From Clostridiales bacterium (lineage in GTDB: Bacteria; Bacillota; Clostridia; Oscillospirales; UBA644), in assembly GCA_003343705.1 (NCBI GenBank), contig QAKR01000026.1, positions 27,598 through 91,597 on the forward strand: DNA of 64,000 bases, read 5' to 3'. Under the pieces are notes generated by a model that was not told where the DNA came from, did no database searches, and worked only from the letters and a program-made list of their open reading frames with translations. The position numbers and the translations under genes were made by a program. Each line of letters opens with the position of its first letter. The stretch's first letter is position 1. This document shows, one piece after another, positions 30,617 to 38,663 of the stretch.

Positions 30617-31252
30617 TTATGACTTGTCCTCTCTGTTTGCAAGATCATAACATAACAGCATTAAACTATCACCCATATGTACATTTTCAACAGCCGCACC
30701 TTCAATATCAAGTTCAACGCTTGCAAAGTTCCAAAATCCTCTTACCCCGTAGCTATAAAGAAGTTTTGACATTTCCTGTGTGATTGTTTTGGGAAGTGTT
30801 AGAATAGCAATGTCCGGCAGATTCTCTTTACAGAAACCACTAAGCTCCTCAATGCTTTTTATTGTTAAATCCCCGCATTTTTTACCTATTTTTTCAGCGG
30901 CGCAATCAAAAAGACCTGTTAAAAATACGCCGCGCTTTTGAAATTTCATATTCTCTGCCAGAGCAGAGCCCATATTTCCCATACCTATTATAATTGCAGT
31001 ATTATGTCCGTCTGCCCCAAGAATTGATTTTATTTCACCCAATAATGCTTCAATGTTATATCCGTAACCCTGCTGACCGAACCCACCGAAACAATTTAAA
31101 TCTTGCCTGATTTGCGATGCGGTTATCTTCATCATCTCACTTAATTCTTTTGAAGAAATTCGCGTAACTCCATGTTCGGAGAGCTCCGAAAGATATCGAA
31201 AATATCGCGGAAGGCGGCGAATTACGGATTGTGAAACAGTGTCCTTTTTCAT
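30617..31252 (-). CDS. rex: Redox-sensing transcriptional repressor Rex
   Basis: VIRRLPRYFRYL winged-helix N-terminus and Rossmann GMGNMG, 211 aa. Confidence 0.92.
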   Translation of the reverse strand: MKKDTVSQSVIRRLPRYFRYLSELSEHGVTRISSKELSEMMKITASQIRQDLNCFGGFGQQGYGYNIEALLGEIKSILGADGHNTAIIIGMGNMGSALAENMKFQKRGVFLTGLFDCAAEKIGKKCGDLTIKSIEELSGFCKENLPDIAILTLPKTITQEMSKLLYSYGVRGFWNFASVELDIEGAAVENVHMGDSLMLLCYDLANREDKS

Positions 31253-31282
31253 TTATTAAACATCCTTTCGCAGAGCTTGAAG

Positions 31283-31330
31283 GAATTATCCTTTCGTGCG
31301 TGCTACACGAAAAGATAATTCTTTTTATTT
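31283..31330. other. Long hairpin between aconitase and rex (T-run only on the non-coding plus strand)
   Basis: 16-bp stem (31283-31298 with 31306-31321, one C-A mismatch) and 7-nt loop. TTTTTATTT follows on the plus strand only. Confidence 0.4.
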
Positions 31331-31334
31331 AAAA

Positions 31335-33263
31335 TCAACCCTGTTTTTTTGTGTAGTTAAGCAAGCCTCCTGCAGCAATGATTTCTGCATTGCGCTCGAA
31401 AAATGTACGAGTCAGAGGTATCTTAACGTCTTTTGTTTTGTTATAAAGTGTTATAGGTTTATTTTCAAGAATATTTTTACGAATGTTTTCCAGTTCAAGT
31501 ATATCGCCCTCATCAATAAGGTCGTAATCATTTTCATTTTCAAATATTAATGGTAAAATTCCCGAATTAATAAGGTTTGCCATATGAATTCTTGCAAATG
31601 ATTTTACAATAACGGCTTTAACACCCAGATAAAGCGGAACGAGAGCTGCATGCTCACGTGAAGAGCCTTGCCCATAGTTTTGACCTCCGATTATGATTCC
31701 TCCACCCCATTCTTTTGCTCTTTCCGGGAATTTTTCATCACAGCGGATAAAGCAGAATTGTGAAAGATGAGGAATGTTAGAGCGGTAAGGCAGGATTTTT
31801 GCACCAGCAGGCATAATATGGTCTGTTGTGATGTTATCTCCTACTTTTAAAAGTGCACGGGATTCTACCGTCTCGTCAAGGGGCTTGTTTATAGGAAACG
31901 GTTTTATATTGGGCCCACGTAGAACTTCTATAGAGCTTGAGTCTTCTGCAGGAGGGATAATCATATTATCGTTTATCAGGAATGATTTAGGCATTTCAAC
32001 GCTCACACCGCTGGGCATATATTCACACGGGTCTGTCATTATGCCGGTTATAGCACTGACAGCCGCTGTTTCCGGGCTGACAAGATATATTTGGGCATCA
32101 GCAGTTCCGCTTCTTCCTTCAAAGTTACGGTTAAATGTTCTTAAGGAAATCCCTTCGCTGTTAGGTGCTTGCCCCATACCAATACATGGGCCGCATGCAC
32201 ATTCAAGAACTCTTGCTCCTGCGTCAATAATGTCTGCTAATGCTCCGTTTTGGGCAAGCATATTAAATACTTGTTTTGATCCCGGTGAGATTGTAAGACT
32301 CACATTCTCATTAACAGTTTTCCCTTTTAATATCTTTGCTACTTTCATCATATCAGTGTAGGATGAGTTTGTGCAAGAACCAATGCAAACCTGATTGATT
32401 TTCATGCCTGCAAGAGATTCAACGGATTTAATATTATCCGGCATATGAGGACAAGCTGCTAATGGTTTCAATTCGTTAAGATTTATAGTTATCTCTTCGT
32501 CGTATACAGCATCTTCATCTGCTTTTATTTCAATAAAATCTTCTTCTCTGTTTTGTGCTTTTAAAAATTCTTTTGTTGTTTCATCTGAAGGAAATACGCT
32601 TGTTGTTGCACCAAGTTCTGCTCCCATGTTTGTAATAGTTGCGCGTTCAGGGACAGAAAGTGTTTTTACGCCCTCTCCGGTATATTCAATTATTTTGCCT
32701 ACGCCGCCTTTGACGCTTAATATTTCGAGTACTTTAAGAATAATATCCTTAGCCGAAACCATAGGCGCAAGCTTTCCAGTAAGGTTTACACGAACAACTT
32801 TTGGCATAGTAAGATAAAAAGCTCCTCCGCCCATTGCAACAGCTACGTCAAGGCCGCCTACACCAATGGCCAGCATACCGATACCACCACCTGTGGGAGT
32901 ATGGCTGTCACTGCCTAAAAGTGTTTTTCCGGGTTTGCCGAAACGTTCGAGATGAACCTGGTGACAGATTCCGTTACCGGGGCGTGAAACATATATTCCG
33001 TGTTTTTGACAGACTGTTTGTATGTATTGATGGTCATCTGCATTTTCAAAACCACTCTGTAAAGTATTGTGGTCTATATATGCAACGCTTCTTTCTGTTT
33101 TAACCTTGTCAACGCCCATTACTTCAAACTGAAGATATGCGACGGTTCCTGTTGCGTCCTGTGTAAGAGTCTGGTCAACTTTTATTGATATTTCCGTTCC
33201 GGCAATCATTTCCCCTGAAACTAAGTGGGATTTTATCAACTTTTGTGCAATATTAAAGCCCAT
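31335..33263 (-). CDS. acn: Aconitate hydratase
   Basis: 642 aa with Fe-S cluster Cys motifs IGSCTNSSY and CGPCIGMG. Confidence 0.93.
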   Translation of the reverse strand: MGFNIAQKLIKSHLVSGEMIAGTEISIKVDQTLTQDATGTVAYLQFEVMGVDKVKTERSVAYIDHNTLQSGFENADDHQYIQTVCQKHGIYVSRPGNGICHQVHLERFGKPGKTLLGSDSHTPTGGGIGMLAIGVGGLDVAVAMGGGAFYLTMPKVVRVNLTGKLAPMVSAKDIILKVLEILSVKGGVGKIIEYTGEGVKTLSVPERATITNMGAELGATTSVFPSDETTKEFLKAQNREEDFIEIKADEDAVYDEEITINLNELKPLAACPHMPDNIKSVESLAGMKINQVCIGSCTNSSYTDMMKVAKILKGKTVNENVSLTISPGSKQVFNMLAQNGALADIIDAGARVLECACGPCIGMGQAPNSEGISLRTFNRNFEGRSGTADAQIYLVSPETAAVSAITGIMTDPCEYMPSGVSVEMPKSFLINDNMIIPPAEDSSSIEVLRGPNIKPFPINKPLDETVESRALLKVGDNITTDHIMPAGAKILPYRSNIPHLSQFCFIRCDEKFPERAKEWGGGIIIGGQNYGQGSSREHAALVPLYLGVKAVIVKSFARIHMANLINSGILPLIFENENDYDLIDEGDILELENIRKNILENKPITLYNKTKDVKIPLTRTFFERNAEIIAAGGLLNYTKKQG

Positions 33264-33411
33264 TATCTTTCTCCTTATAACTAGTATTCCTACATAATGT
33301 ATAATAACCTCTAATCATTTATTTTAAACAGTAGTTCTATTCGTTTTCGGTTTAAAACTTAATGAAGATAAGATATATACAGTCATTATAGTAGATTCTT
33401 ATATAGTATAT

Positions 33412-33440
33412 ATTATATAACAAAAAGGACACTTTGTCAA
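33412..33440 (-). promoter_or_regulatory. Sigma-A promoter for aconitase (and possibly rex)
   Basis: On the minus strand: TTGACA (33440-33435), 17-nt spacer, TATAAT (33417-33412). Confidence 0.6.
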
Positions 33441-33451
33441 CCTTTTAACAA
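33434..33451. promoter_or_regulatory. Candidate Rex operator
   Basis: TTGTCAA-CCTT-TTAACAA, compared with the clostridial Rex consensus TTGTTAA-N4-TTAACAA. Overlaps the -35 of the aconitase promoter. Confidence 0.5.
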
Positions 33452-33456
33452 AATTG

Positions 33457-33485
33457 TTGACAATTTAGAATTTACATGATACAAT
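33457..33485 (+). promoter_or_regulatory. Sigma-A promoter for the Gfo/Idh/MocA oxidoreductase gene
   Basis: TTGACA (33457-33462), 17-nt spacer, TACAAT (33480-33485). Confidence 0.65.
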
Positions 33486-33538
33486 ACTTTTAAAATGTCT
33501 TTTGCTCAAATACTTTATTGTTTAAGGAGTTGTTTGAA

Positions 33539-34594
33539 ATGGGTAAAATAAAAGTAGCTGTAATTGGTTGCGGTACAATAGCAAATGCACATCACATTAG
33601 GTGTTATAAGGAAAATCCGGATTGTGAAATAGTATATTTTTGTGATATAATTCCGGAAAGAGCAGATAAAGCTGTTGAAGAATATGAATGTGGTAAAGCT
33701 GTTTACGATTACCATGAAATTTTAAATACAGATATAGATGCTGTTTCGATATGTACACCTAATAATGTTCACAAACAAATTTCTATTGATTTTTTACGTG
33801 CAGGTAAACATGTATTGTGTGAAAAACCGGCTGGAAGAACATATGATGAAGTTTCTGAAATGCAAAAGGTTCAGCATGAAACCGGAAAAGTTTTGAATAT
33901 TGGTGTAGTAAATCGATTTAATGCAAGTGTTAATTTAATTAAAGAATACATAGACAGCGGGAAACTCGGTGAGGTTTATCATGTTTACGTTTCGTTCCGT
34001 GCTCATCGTGCAATTCCTGGTCTTGGCGGTGCGTTTACAACTAAAGAAATTTCTGGGGGAGGCGTTTTAGTCGACTGGGGAGTTCATTATCTTGATATCG
34101 TTATGTACTGCTGTGGAGACCCTCATCCTTTAACTGTTTCAGGTGAAACCTTTACAAAACTAGGTGTAGATATTAAAAATTACGCTTTTGAAGGAATGTG
34201 GGCCGGGCCGCCTAAATATGACGGAATTTATAATGTTGATGATAGTGTTACCGGAATTATTCGTACCGAAAAGCCGGTTATTACAATAAACGGCGCGTGG
34301 GCGCAAAATATAGGCGAAAATGAAACGTTTATTGATTTTATGGGGGATAAAGCAGGTATACGTTTGCAATACGGCTCAGATTTTCGTGTTTTTACATCTG
34401 AATTTGGTAGCCTTGTTGAATATAAACCTAAATTTAAAGAAAACGATATGTTCCGCAATGAAATAGACAGCTTTCTACACTGTATAAAAACAGGCGAAAA
34501 ACTGCCGTCACATATTGATAATGTTGCTATAACAGCAAAAATTATGCAGGCTGTTTATGATTCCGCAGCGTGTCATCAAGAGGTAGTATTGTAA
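33539..34594 (+). CDS. Gfo/Idh/MocA family NAD(P)-dependent oxidoreductase
   Basis: KVAVIGCGTIANAHH Rossmann fold and LCEKPAG motif. AAGGAG lies 9 nt before the ATG at 33539; the track start at 33518 is a TTG with no SD. Confidence 0.85.
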   Translation: MGKIKVAVIGCGTIANAHHIRCYKENPDCEIVYFCDIIPERADKAVEEYECGKAVYDYHEILNTDIDAVSICTPNNVHKQISIDFLRAGKHVLCEKPAGRTYDEVSEMQKVQHETGKVLNIGVVNRFNASVNLIKEYIDSGKLGEVYHVYVSFRAHRAIPGLGGAFTTKEISGGGVLVDWGVHYLDIVMYCCGDPHPLTVSGETFTKLGVDIKNYAFEGMWAGPPKYDGIYNVDDSVTGIIRTEKPVITINGAWAQNIGENETFIDFMGDKAGIRLQYGSDFRVFTSEFGSLVEYKPKFKENDMFRNEIDSFLHCIKTGEKLPSHIDNVAITAKIMQAVYDSAACHQEVVL

Positions 34595-34609
34595 AAATTT
34601 ATAAAACTA

Positions 34610-34638
34610 TTGACAAAAATAAAAAGGTATGCTATACT
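34610..34638 (+). promoter_or_regulatory. Sigma-A promoter upstream of SSS transporter leader
   Basis: TTGACA (34610-34615), 17-nt spacer, TATACT (34633-34638). Confidence 0.65.
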
Positions 34639-34700
34639 GTTAATGTAGCGTACCTTTTTGGTACATGTAGAATTTTATTTGCAGGATAAGTTAAGAATTT

Positions 34701-34737
34701 TAACATAGTTAAAATTGTTTAACTATGTTATTTTTTT
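34701..34737 (+). terminator. Intrinsic terminator inside the 5' leader of the SSS transporter gene (attenuator)
   Basis: Perfect 13-bp stem TAACATAGTTAAA/TTTAACTATGTTA, loop ATTG, then TTTTTTT. Ends about 20 nt before the start codon. Confidence 0.7.
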
Positions 34738-34758
34738 CTCTTATGCAGGAAAGGTAGG

Positions 34759-36354
34759 ATGGTTTTTATGGCACTTACTCAGATTACAGCAGTAATAGCA
34801 TTGTTGATTTTTGCCGCGGTTATGATAACCATAGGCATATTTTCAGCACGACGTTCAAAAACTATGGACGGATTTTTATTAGGCGGGAGAAATATAGGCC
34901 CTTGGGTTGCCGCGTTTTCATACGGCACGGCTTATTTTTCTGCCGTCATTTTTGTTGGCTATGCCGGGAAATTCGGTTGGGATATCGGTATGGGGAGCCT
35001 TTGGATAGGTTTAGGAAACGCTGTTTTCGGATGTCTGCTTGCATGGATTGTACTTGCAAAAAGAACAATGACAATGACACGCAATCTTGGAAGCAGGACA
35101 ATGCCGGAATTTTTTGCATCCCGGTACAATGATAAAAAAATGAAAGTATTTGCAGCAATTATAATTTTCATTTTTCTTGTCCCGTATGCATCTGGCGTTT
35201 ATAATGGCCTTGGTTCTATGTTTGGCGCAATCTTCCCTAATCTTTCGATTTTTGGGCTTGATTCAGGAACTATCTGTATGTTTATAGTTGCGTTGTTAAC
35301 ATCAATTTACCTTGTTTTAGGCGGATACATAGCCTCTTCAAAAACTGATTTTATTCAAGGTATTATAATGATTGCAGGCGTAATTTTAATGGTATTAGGC
35401 CTTGTTTTCAGCCCACAAGTAGGTGGTTTTGACGCTGCGTTTGATAAGCTGTCACAAATCGGTGACGGGCATTTAACAAACGTTTTTGGTGGTAAAAACT
35501 TTAATTTCTTATGTATTAATATTCTTCTTACGAGTTTTGGTGTATGGGGGCTTCCTCAAATGGTAAGCAAATTTTATGCTATTAAAAGCCGTAAACTTGT
35601 AAAGACCGGAACAGTTGTTTCTACTGTTTTTGCCCTCGTTATTGGTTGCGGCGCTTACTTTGCAGGGTCTTTAGGCAGATTTTTTACATCTGACTGGACT
35701 GCTGTAACTCCTACAGACGCTGGAGTTGTAGGCGGCTATGACGGAGTTATCCCAAATATGCTTATACAAGCGTTTTCAAATTCTCTCGGTGGGAGCATTC
35801 TTTTAAGTGTGATTCTTCTTTGTGTTCTTTCCGCATCAATGTCAACTCTTTCCGCTGTTGTCCTTTCTTCTTCATCTGCTATAACGGTTGATTTGGTAGG
35901 TGTTTTTAAAAAGGATATTAATCAAAAGAAACAAATGCTGTGGACGCGAATTCTTTGCTTTATTTTTATTGCTCTTTCATTCTTTCTGGCAACGTCTAAG
36001 ATTTCAATAATTGTAACGCTTATGTCGTTTTCTTGGGGCGTTGTGGCAGGTTGTTTTATTGGACCATTTATTTGGGGTCTTTGGTGGAAAAAAACAACGC
36101 GTGCCGGGGCTTGGAGCGGACTTATCGGAGGGTTCTTAACGGTTCTTGTTCTAACTGTTGTGTCAATGCTGTCATCTCCAGCGCTTTCCGATGGATTGTT
36201 TGCAGCATTTAAAGCGGCTTCTTCAAATGCTCCTATATTTGGAGTTACTGCGATGGCTCTTTCAATAATCATAGTTCCGATTGTAAGTCTTTTTACTCCC
36301 AAGTTACACGAAAGCATAGTTTCACCTGCTTTTGCTGAACAAAAAGAAGATTAG
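34759..36354 (+). CDS. Sodium:solute symporter (SSS) family transporter, substrate unknown
   Basis: 531 aa, about 13 TM, PanF/PutP-like N-terminal pattern (GFLLGGRNIGPWV...TAYFSAV). The second ATG at 34768 is an alternative start. Confidence 0.85.
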   Translation: MVFMALTQITAVIALLIFAAVMITIGIFSARRSKTMDGFLLGGRNIGPWVAAFSYGTAYFSAVIFVGYAGKFGWDIGMGSLWIGLGNAVFGCLLAWIVLAKRTMTMTRNLGSRTMPEFFASRYNDKKMKVFAAIIIFIFLVPYASGVYNGLGSMFGAIFPNLSIFGLDSGTICMFIVALLTSIYLVLGGYIASSKTDFIQGIIMIAGVILMVLGLVFSPQVGGFDAAFDKLSQIGDGHLTNVFGGKNFNFLCINILLTSFGVWGLPQMVSKFYAIKSRKLVKTGTVVSTVFALVIGCGAYFAGSLGRFFTSDWTAVTPTDAGVVGGYDGVIPNMLIQAFSNSLGGSILLSVILLCVLSASMSTLSAVVLSSSSAITVDLVGVFKKDINQKKQMLWTRILCFIFIALSFFLATSKISIIVTLMSFSWGVVAGCFIGPFIWGLWWKKTTRAGAWSGLIGGFLTVLVLTVVSMLSSPALSDGLFAAFKAASSNAPIFGVTAMALSIIIVPIVSLFTPKLHESIVSPAFAEQKED

Positions 36355-36362
36355 AACTTGTA

Positions 36363-36391
36363 TTGACTTTCATAAATAAATGTGTTAAAAT
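36363..36391 (+). promoter_or_regulatory. Sigma-A promoter for the GGDEF sensor gene
   Basis: TTGACT (36363-36368), 17-nt spacer, TAAAAT (36386-36391). Confidence 0.5.
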
Positions 36392-36424
36392 GATTTCGTA
36401 GATAAAGAAAGCGGGGTCATTTAG

Positions 36425-38122
36425 TTGGGATTTATAAAAAGAAACGCATCGTTAATTATCTTTGCAGTAACTTTATCTGTTGCAGTCATATTTGTTATCT
36501 TCTCAACAATTATGATACAAACAAACGATACTTCTCTTTTATATACGGCTAGTTGTTCGGCAAATGACGGCTGGTCGCTGGTTTTACCCAACGGAGAAAA
36601 AGAGCCTCTTGAAATTGTTTCACGTGAAAACTCAGGGATGGAAGATTCTCCGTTGATAATAACACGTGAACTCGATAAATATATAGGGTACGATTATTTT
36701 GTTTGTATTCAAACAAAAAACGAGTTTGTCCGCGCATATGTTGCGGGCAAACTCGTTTATGATTATAAATATAATACAAACGGAATAGGATTTGAATTAG
36801 GTTCAATCTGGAACTTAATTGAGCTGCCTGTTGACAGCGGTGGGCATGACCTGGTTTTAGAAATTATTCCTATGTCTGGAAGTCATGGGACAGCCCCATA
36901 TCCTATTTATTTAGGATCAAGAGCCACAATAATAACAGAGTTGTTTACACAAAAACTTCCATACATTATTATATGTTCGGTAGTCCTTCTTTTTTCGCTG
37001 ACTCTTATTATTATTTCGATATATAAATTTTTAAAATGTGGTCAAAACGCAAAGGCCTTTTTATATCTTGGTCTATTCGCTTTTGTCGCCACAGTCTGGG
37101 TCGTGGCTGACTCTTTAATGCTTCAGTTTATCGTTCCTAATAAGGCCTTTTCTTTTATGTTGTTTAATTGTTCTTTCTATCTCATGCCTATCCCGTTTGC
37201 ATTATATATGGCAACTGTCTTCAAAAAAGAGCATGCCTACTTTGAGATACTTGCAGTACTTACAAGCGTTTATTTTTTTATACGCCTTTTTTTATATACA
37301 AACGGACAAGTTAATTTTGAATATGCGTTGTTTATTATACATCTTATTATGTCAATTATTATAATTTCTGTTCTTGCATTATGTATAAAAAACAGAAAAG
37401 ACAAAGAACATAGATACTTATTTATTGCAATAATTTCTTTAGCAGTTGTTTCAGCTGTTTCAATTATAATTTTTTATGCTAAAGATGTTTTAACCGTAAA
37501 CAGAGCAAATTATTCAATATATTTTTGTCCGGCAATATTAATATTTCTACTAATAATAAGCATAGGAATGCTTGTTCGTACGTATAAACTTCAAAAGCTT
37601 GCGAATAAAGCAGTTTTTTATGAACAGTGTGCTTATACAGATTCACTTACCGGTTTATTAAACCGTTCATCATTTGAAAAAGAATTAAGTATTTTAGATA
37701 GTAAAATAAAAAACCTTTCTTCTGTTTGTATGCTTGTTTTTGATCTTAATAATCTTAAAAAAACAAATGATTCATATGGCCATGGTGTTGGAGATGAGTT
37801 GATTATAAACACTTTTAATTGCATTTCTGATTCTTTCGGAAGTTTTGGCAGTGTTTTCCGTACCGGGGGCGATGAAGTTGTTGTAATAATAACAGACGTT
37901 GAAAATGATACGGTTACTTCTTGTATAAAAGATTTTGAGCAAAGAGTTATTAAGTATAACGAGGAACGTCTTATCCCTATTGATGTTGCTTTTGGATATT
38001 CATATTTTGATAATGTTTCAAGCTTAAATATGAAAGCTACTGATTTTTTACGTATAGCTGATGCCGAAATGTATGTCGACAAACAGAAGCGAAAACGAAT
38101 AAAACATAAAGAGTTATATTAA
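36425..38122 (+). CDS. Membrane sensor diguanylate cyclase (extracytoplasmic domain + 7 TM + GGDEF domain, 7TMR-DISM-like layout)
   Basis: TTG start. N-terminal TM, an exposed domain of about 140 aa, a multi-TM block, then a GGDEF domain (LTGLLNR...NDSYGHGVGDE...FRTGGDEVVV). Confidence 0.85.
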   Translation: MGFIKRNASLIIFAVTLSVAVIFVIFSTIMIQTNDTSLLYTASCSANDGWSLVLPNGEKEPLEIVSRENSGMEDSPLIITRELDKYIGYDYFVCIQTKNEFVRAYVAGKLVYDYKYNTNGIGFELGSIWNLIELPVDSGGHDLVLEIIPMSGSHGTAPYPIYLGSRATIITELFTQKLPYIIICSVVLLFSLTLIIISIYKFLKCGQNAKAFLYLGLFAFVATVWVVADSLMLQFIVPNKAFSFMLFNCSFYLMPIPFALYMATVFKKEHAYFEILAVLTSVYFFIRLFLYTNGQVNFEYALFIIHLIMSIIIISVLALCIKNRKDKEHRYLFIAIISLAVVSAVSIIIFYAKDVLTVNRANYSIYFCPAILIFLLIISIGMLVRTYKLQKLANKAVFYEQCAYTDSLTGLLNRSSFEKELSILDSKIKNLSSVCMLVFDLNNLKKTNDSYGHGVGDELIINTFNCISDSFGSFGSVFRTGGDEVVVIITDVENDTVTSCIKDFEQRVIKYNEERLIPIDVAFGYSYFDNVSSLNMKATDFLRIADAEMYVDKQKRKRIKHKELY

Positions 38123-38126
38123 ATAG

Positions 38127-38588
38127 GTGGATAGTATGAGTTGTTTGATATGTGAAAGAATAGAACTTATAAAACAAAATAAGAACTCTTACTTTGTTAT
38201 TGAACTAGAAACCGGATATGTTGTTTTAGGGGATCATCAAAGGTTTTTTGGGTACACACTGTTTTTATGTAAAAAGCATGTTTCAGAGTTACATCATTTA
38301 GACTATAGTTTTAAAATGAAATATTTAGAAGAAATGTCTTTGGTAGCGCAAGCAGTGCAAAAAGCTTTTAATGCAGATAAAATGAATTATGAGCTCTTAG
38401 GAAATGGCGAATCTCATCTTCATTGGCATCTTTTTCCGAGACGGAAAAATGATATGCCTTTTAAAGGGCCTGTATGGTGGTTACCCAGAGAAGAAATGTG
38501 GCAAGATTCCTTCATCCCCGATGAACAAAAATTAATTCATATGAAAAAACTTCTTATAAAGGAAGTAAACGCATTAATAACTAAATAA
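38127..38588 (+). CDS. HIT family hydrolase
   Basis: Histidine triad HLHWHLFPR. The likely start is the ATG at 38136 (AGGTGG 5 nt upstream). Confidence 0.88.
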   Translation: MDSMSCLICERIELIKQNKNSYFVIELETGYVVLGDHQRFFGYTLFLCKKHVSELHHLDYSFKMKYLEEMSLVAQAVQKAFNADKMNYELLGNGESHLHWHLFPRRKNDMPFKGPVWWLPREEMWQDSFIPDEQKLIHMKKLLIKEVNALITK

Positions 38589-38606
38589 TCATATTATAGG
38601 TTAAAT

Positions 38607-38649
38607 AAAAGCTTATCCGAAAAGATATTTTCTTTTCGGATAAGCTTTT
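38607..38649. terminator. Bidirectional intrinsic terminator between convergent HIT and beta-helix genes
   Basis: Perfect 18-bp stem AAAAGCTTATCCGAAAAG/CTTTTCGGATAAGCTTTT with a 7-nt loop. Confidence 0.85.
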
Positions 38650-38663
38650 ATATACAGGTTTTA

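Noticed and set aside
31296-31550. 84-aa plus-strand ORF starting in the acn-rex spacer
   Set aside because: It starts within the intergenic hairpin and runs antisense into the aconitase 3' end. It has no SD and a low-complexity sequence.
31828-32361. 177-aa plus-strand ORF inside the aconitase gene
   Set aside because: It is antisense to a 642-aa ORF with intact aconitase Fe-S motifs, and has no SD or promoter. It is a shadow ORF. The same reasoning applies to 28147-28581 (inside ruvB), 62871-63413 (inside the MutS-like gene), 42699-43127 (inside gpmI) and 37633-38082 (inside the GGDEF gene).
34643-34670. Two ATG-TAG start-stop mini-ORFs in the SSS transporter leader
   Set aside because: The first sits at or before the predicted transcription start and neither has an SD. 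I treat them as a direct hexamer repeat within the leader rather than as coding.
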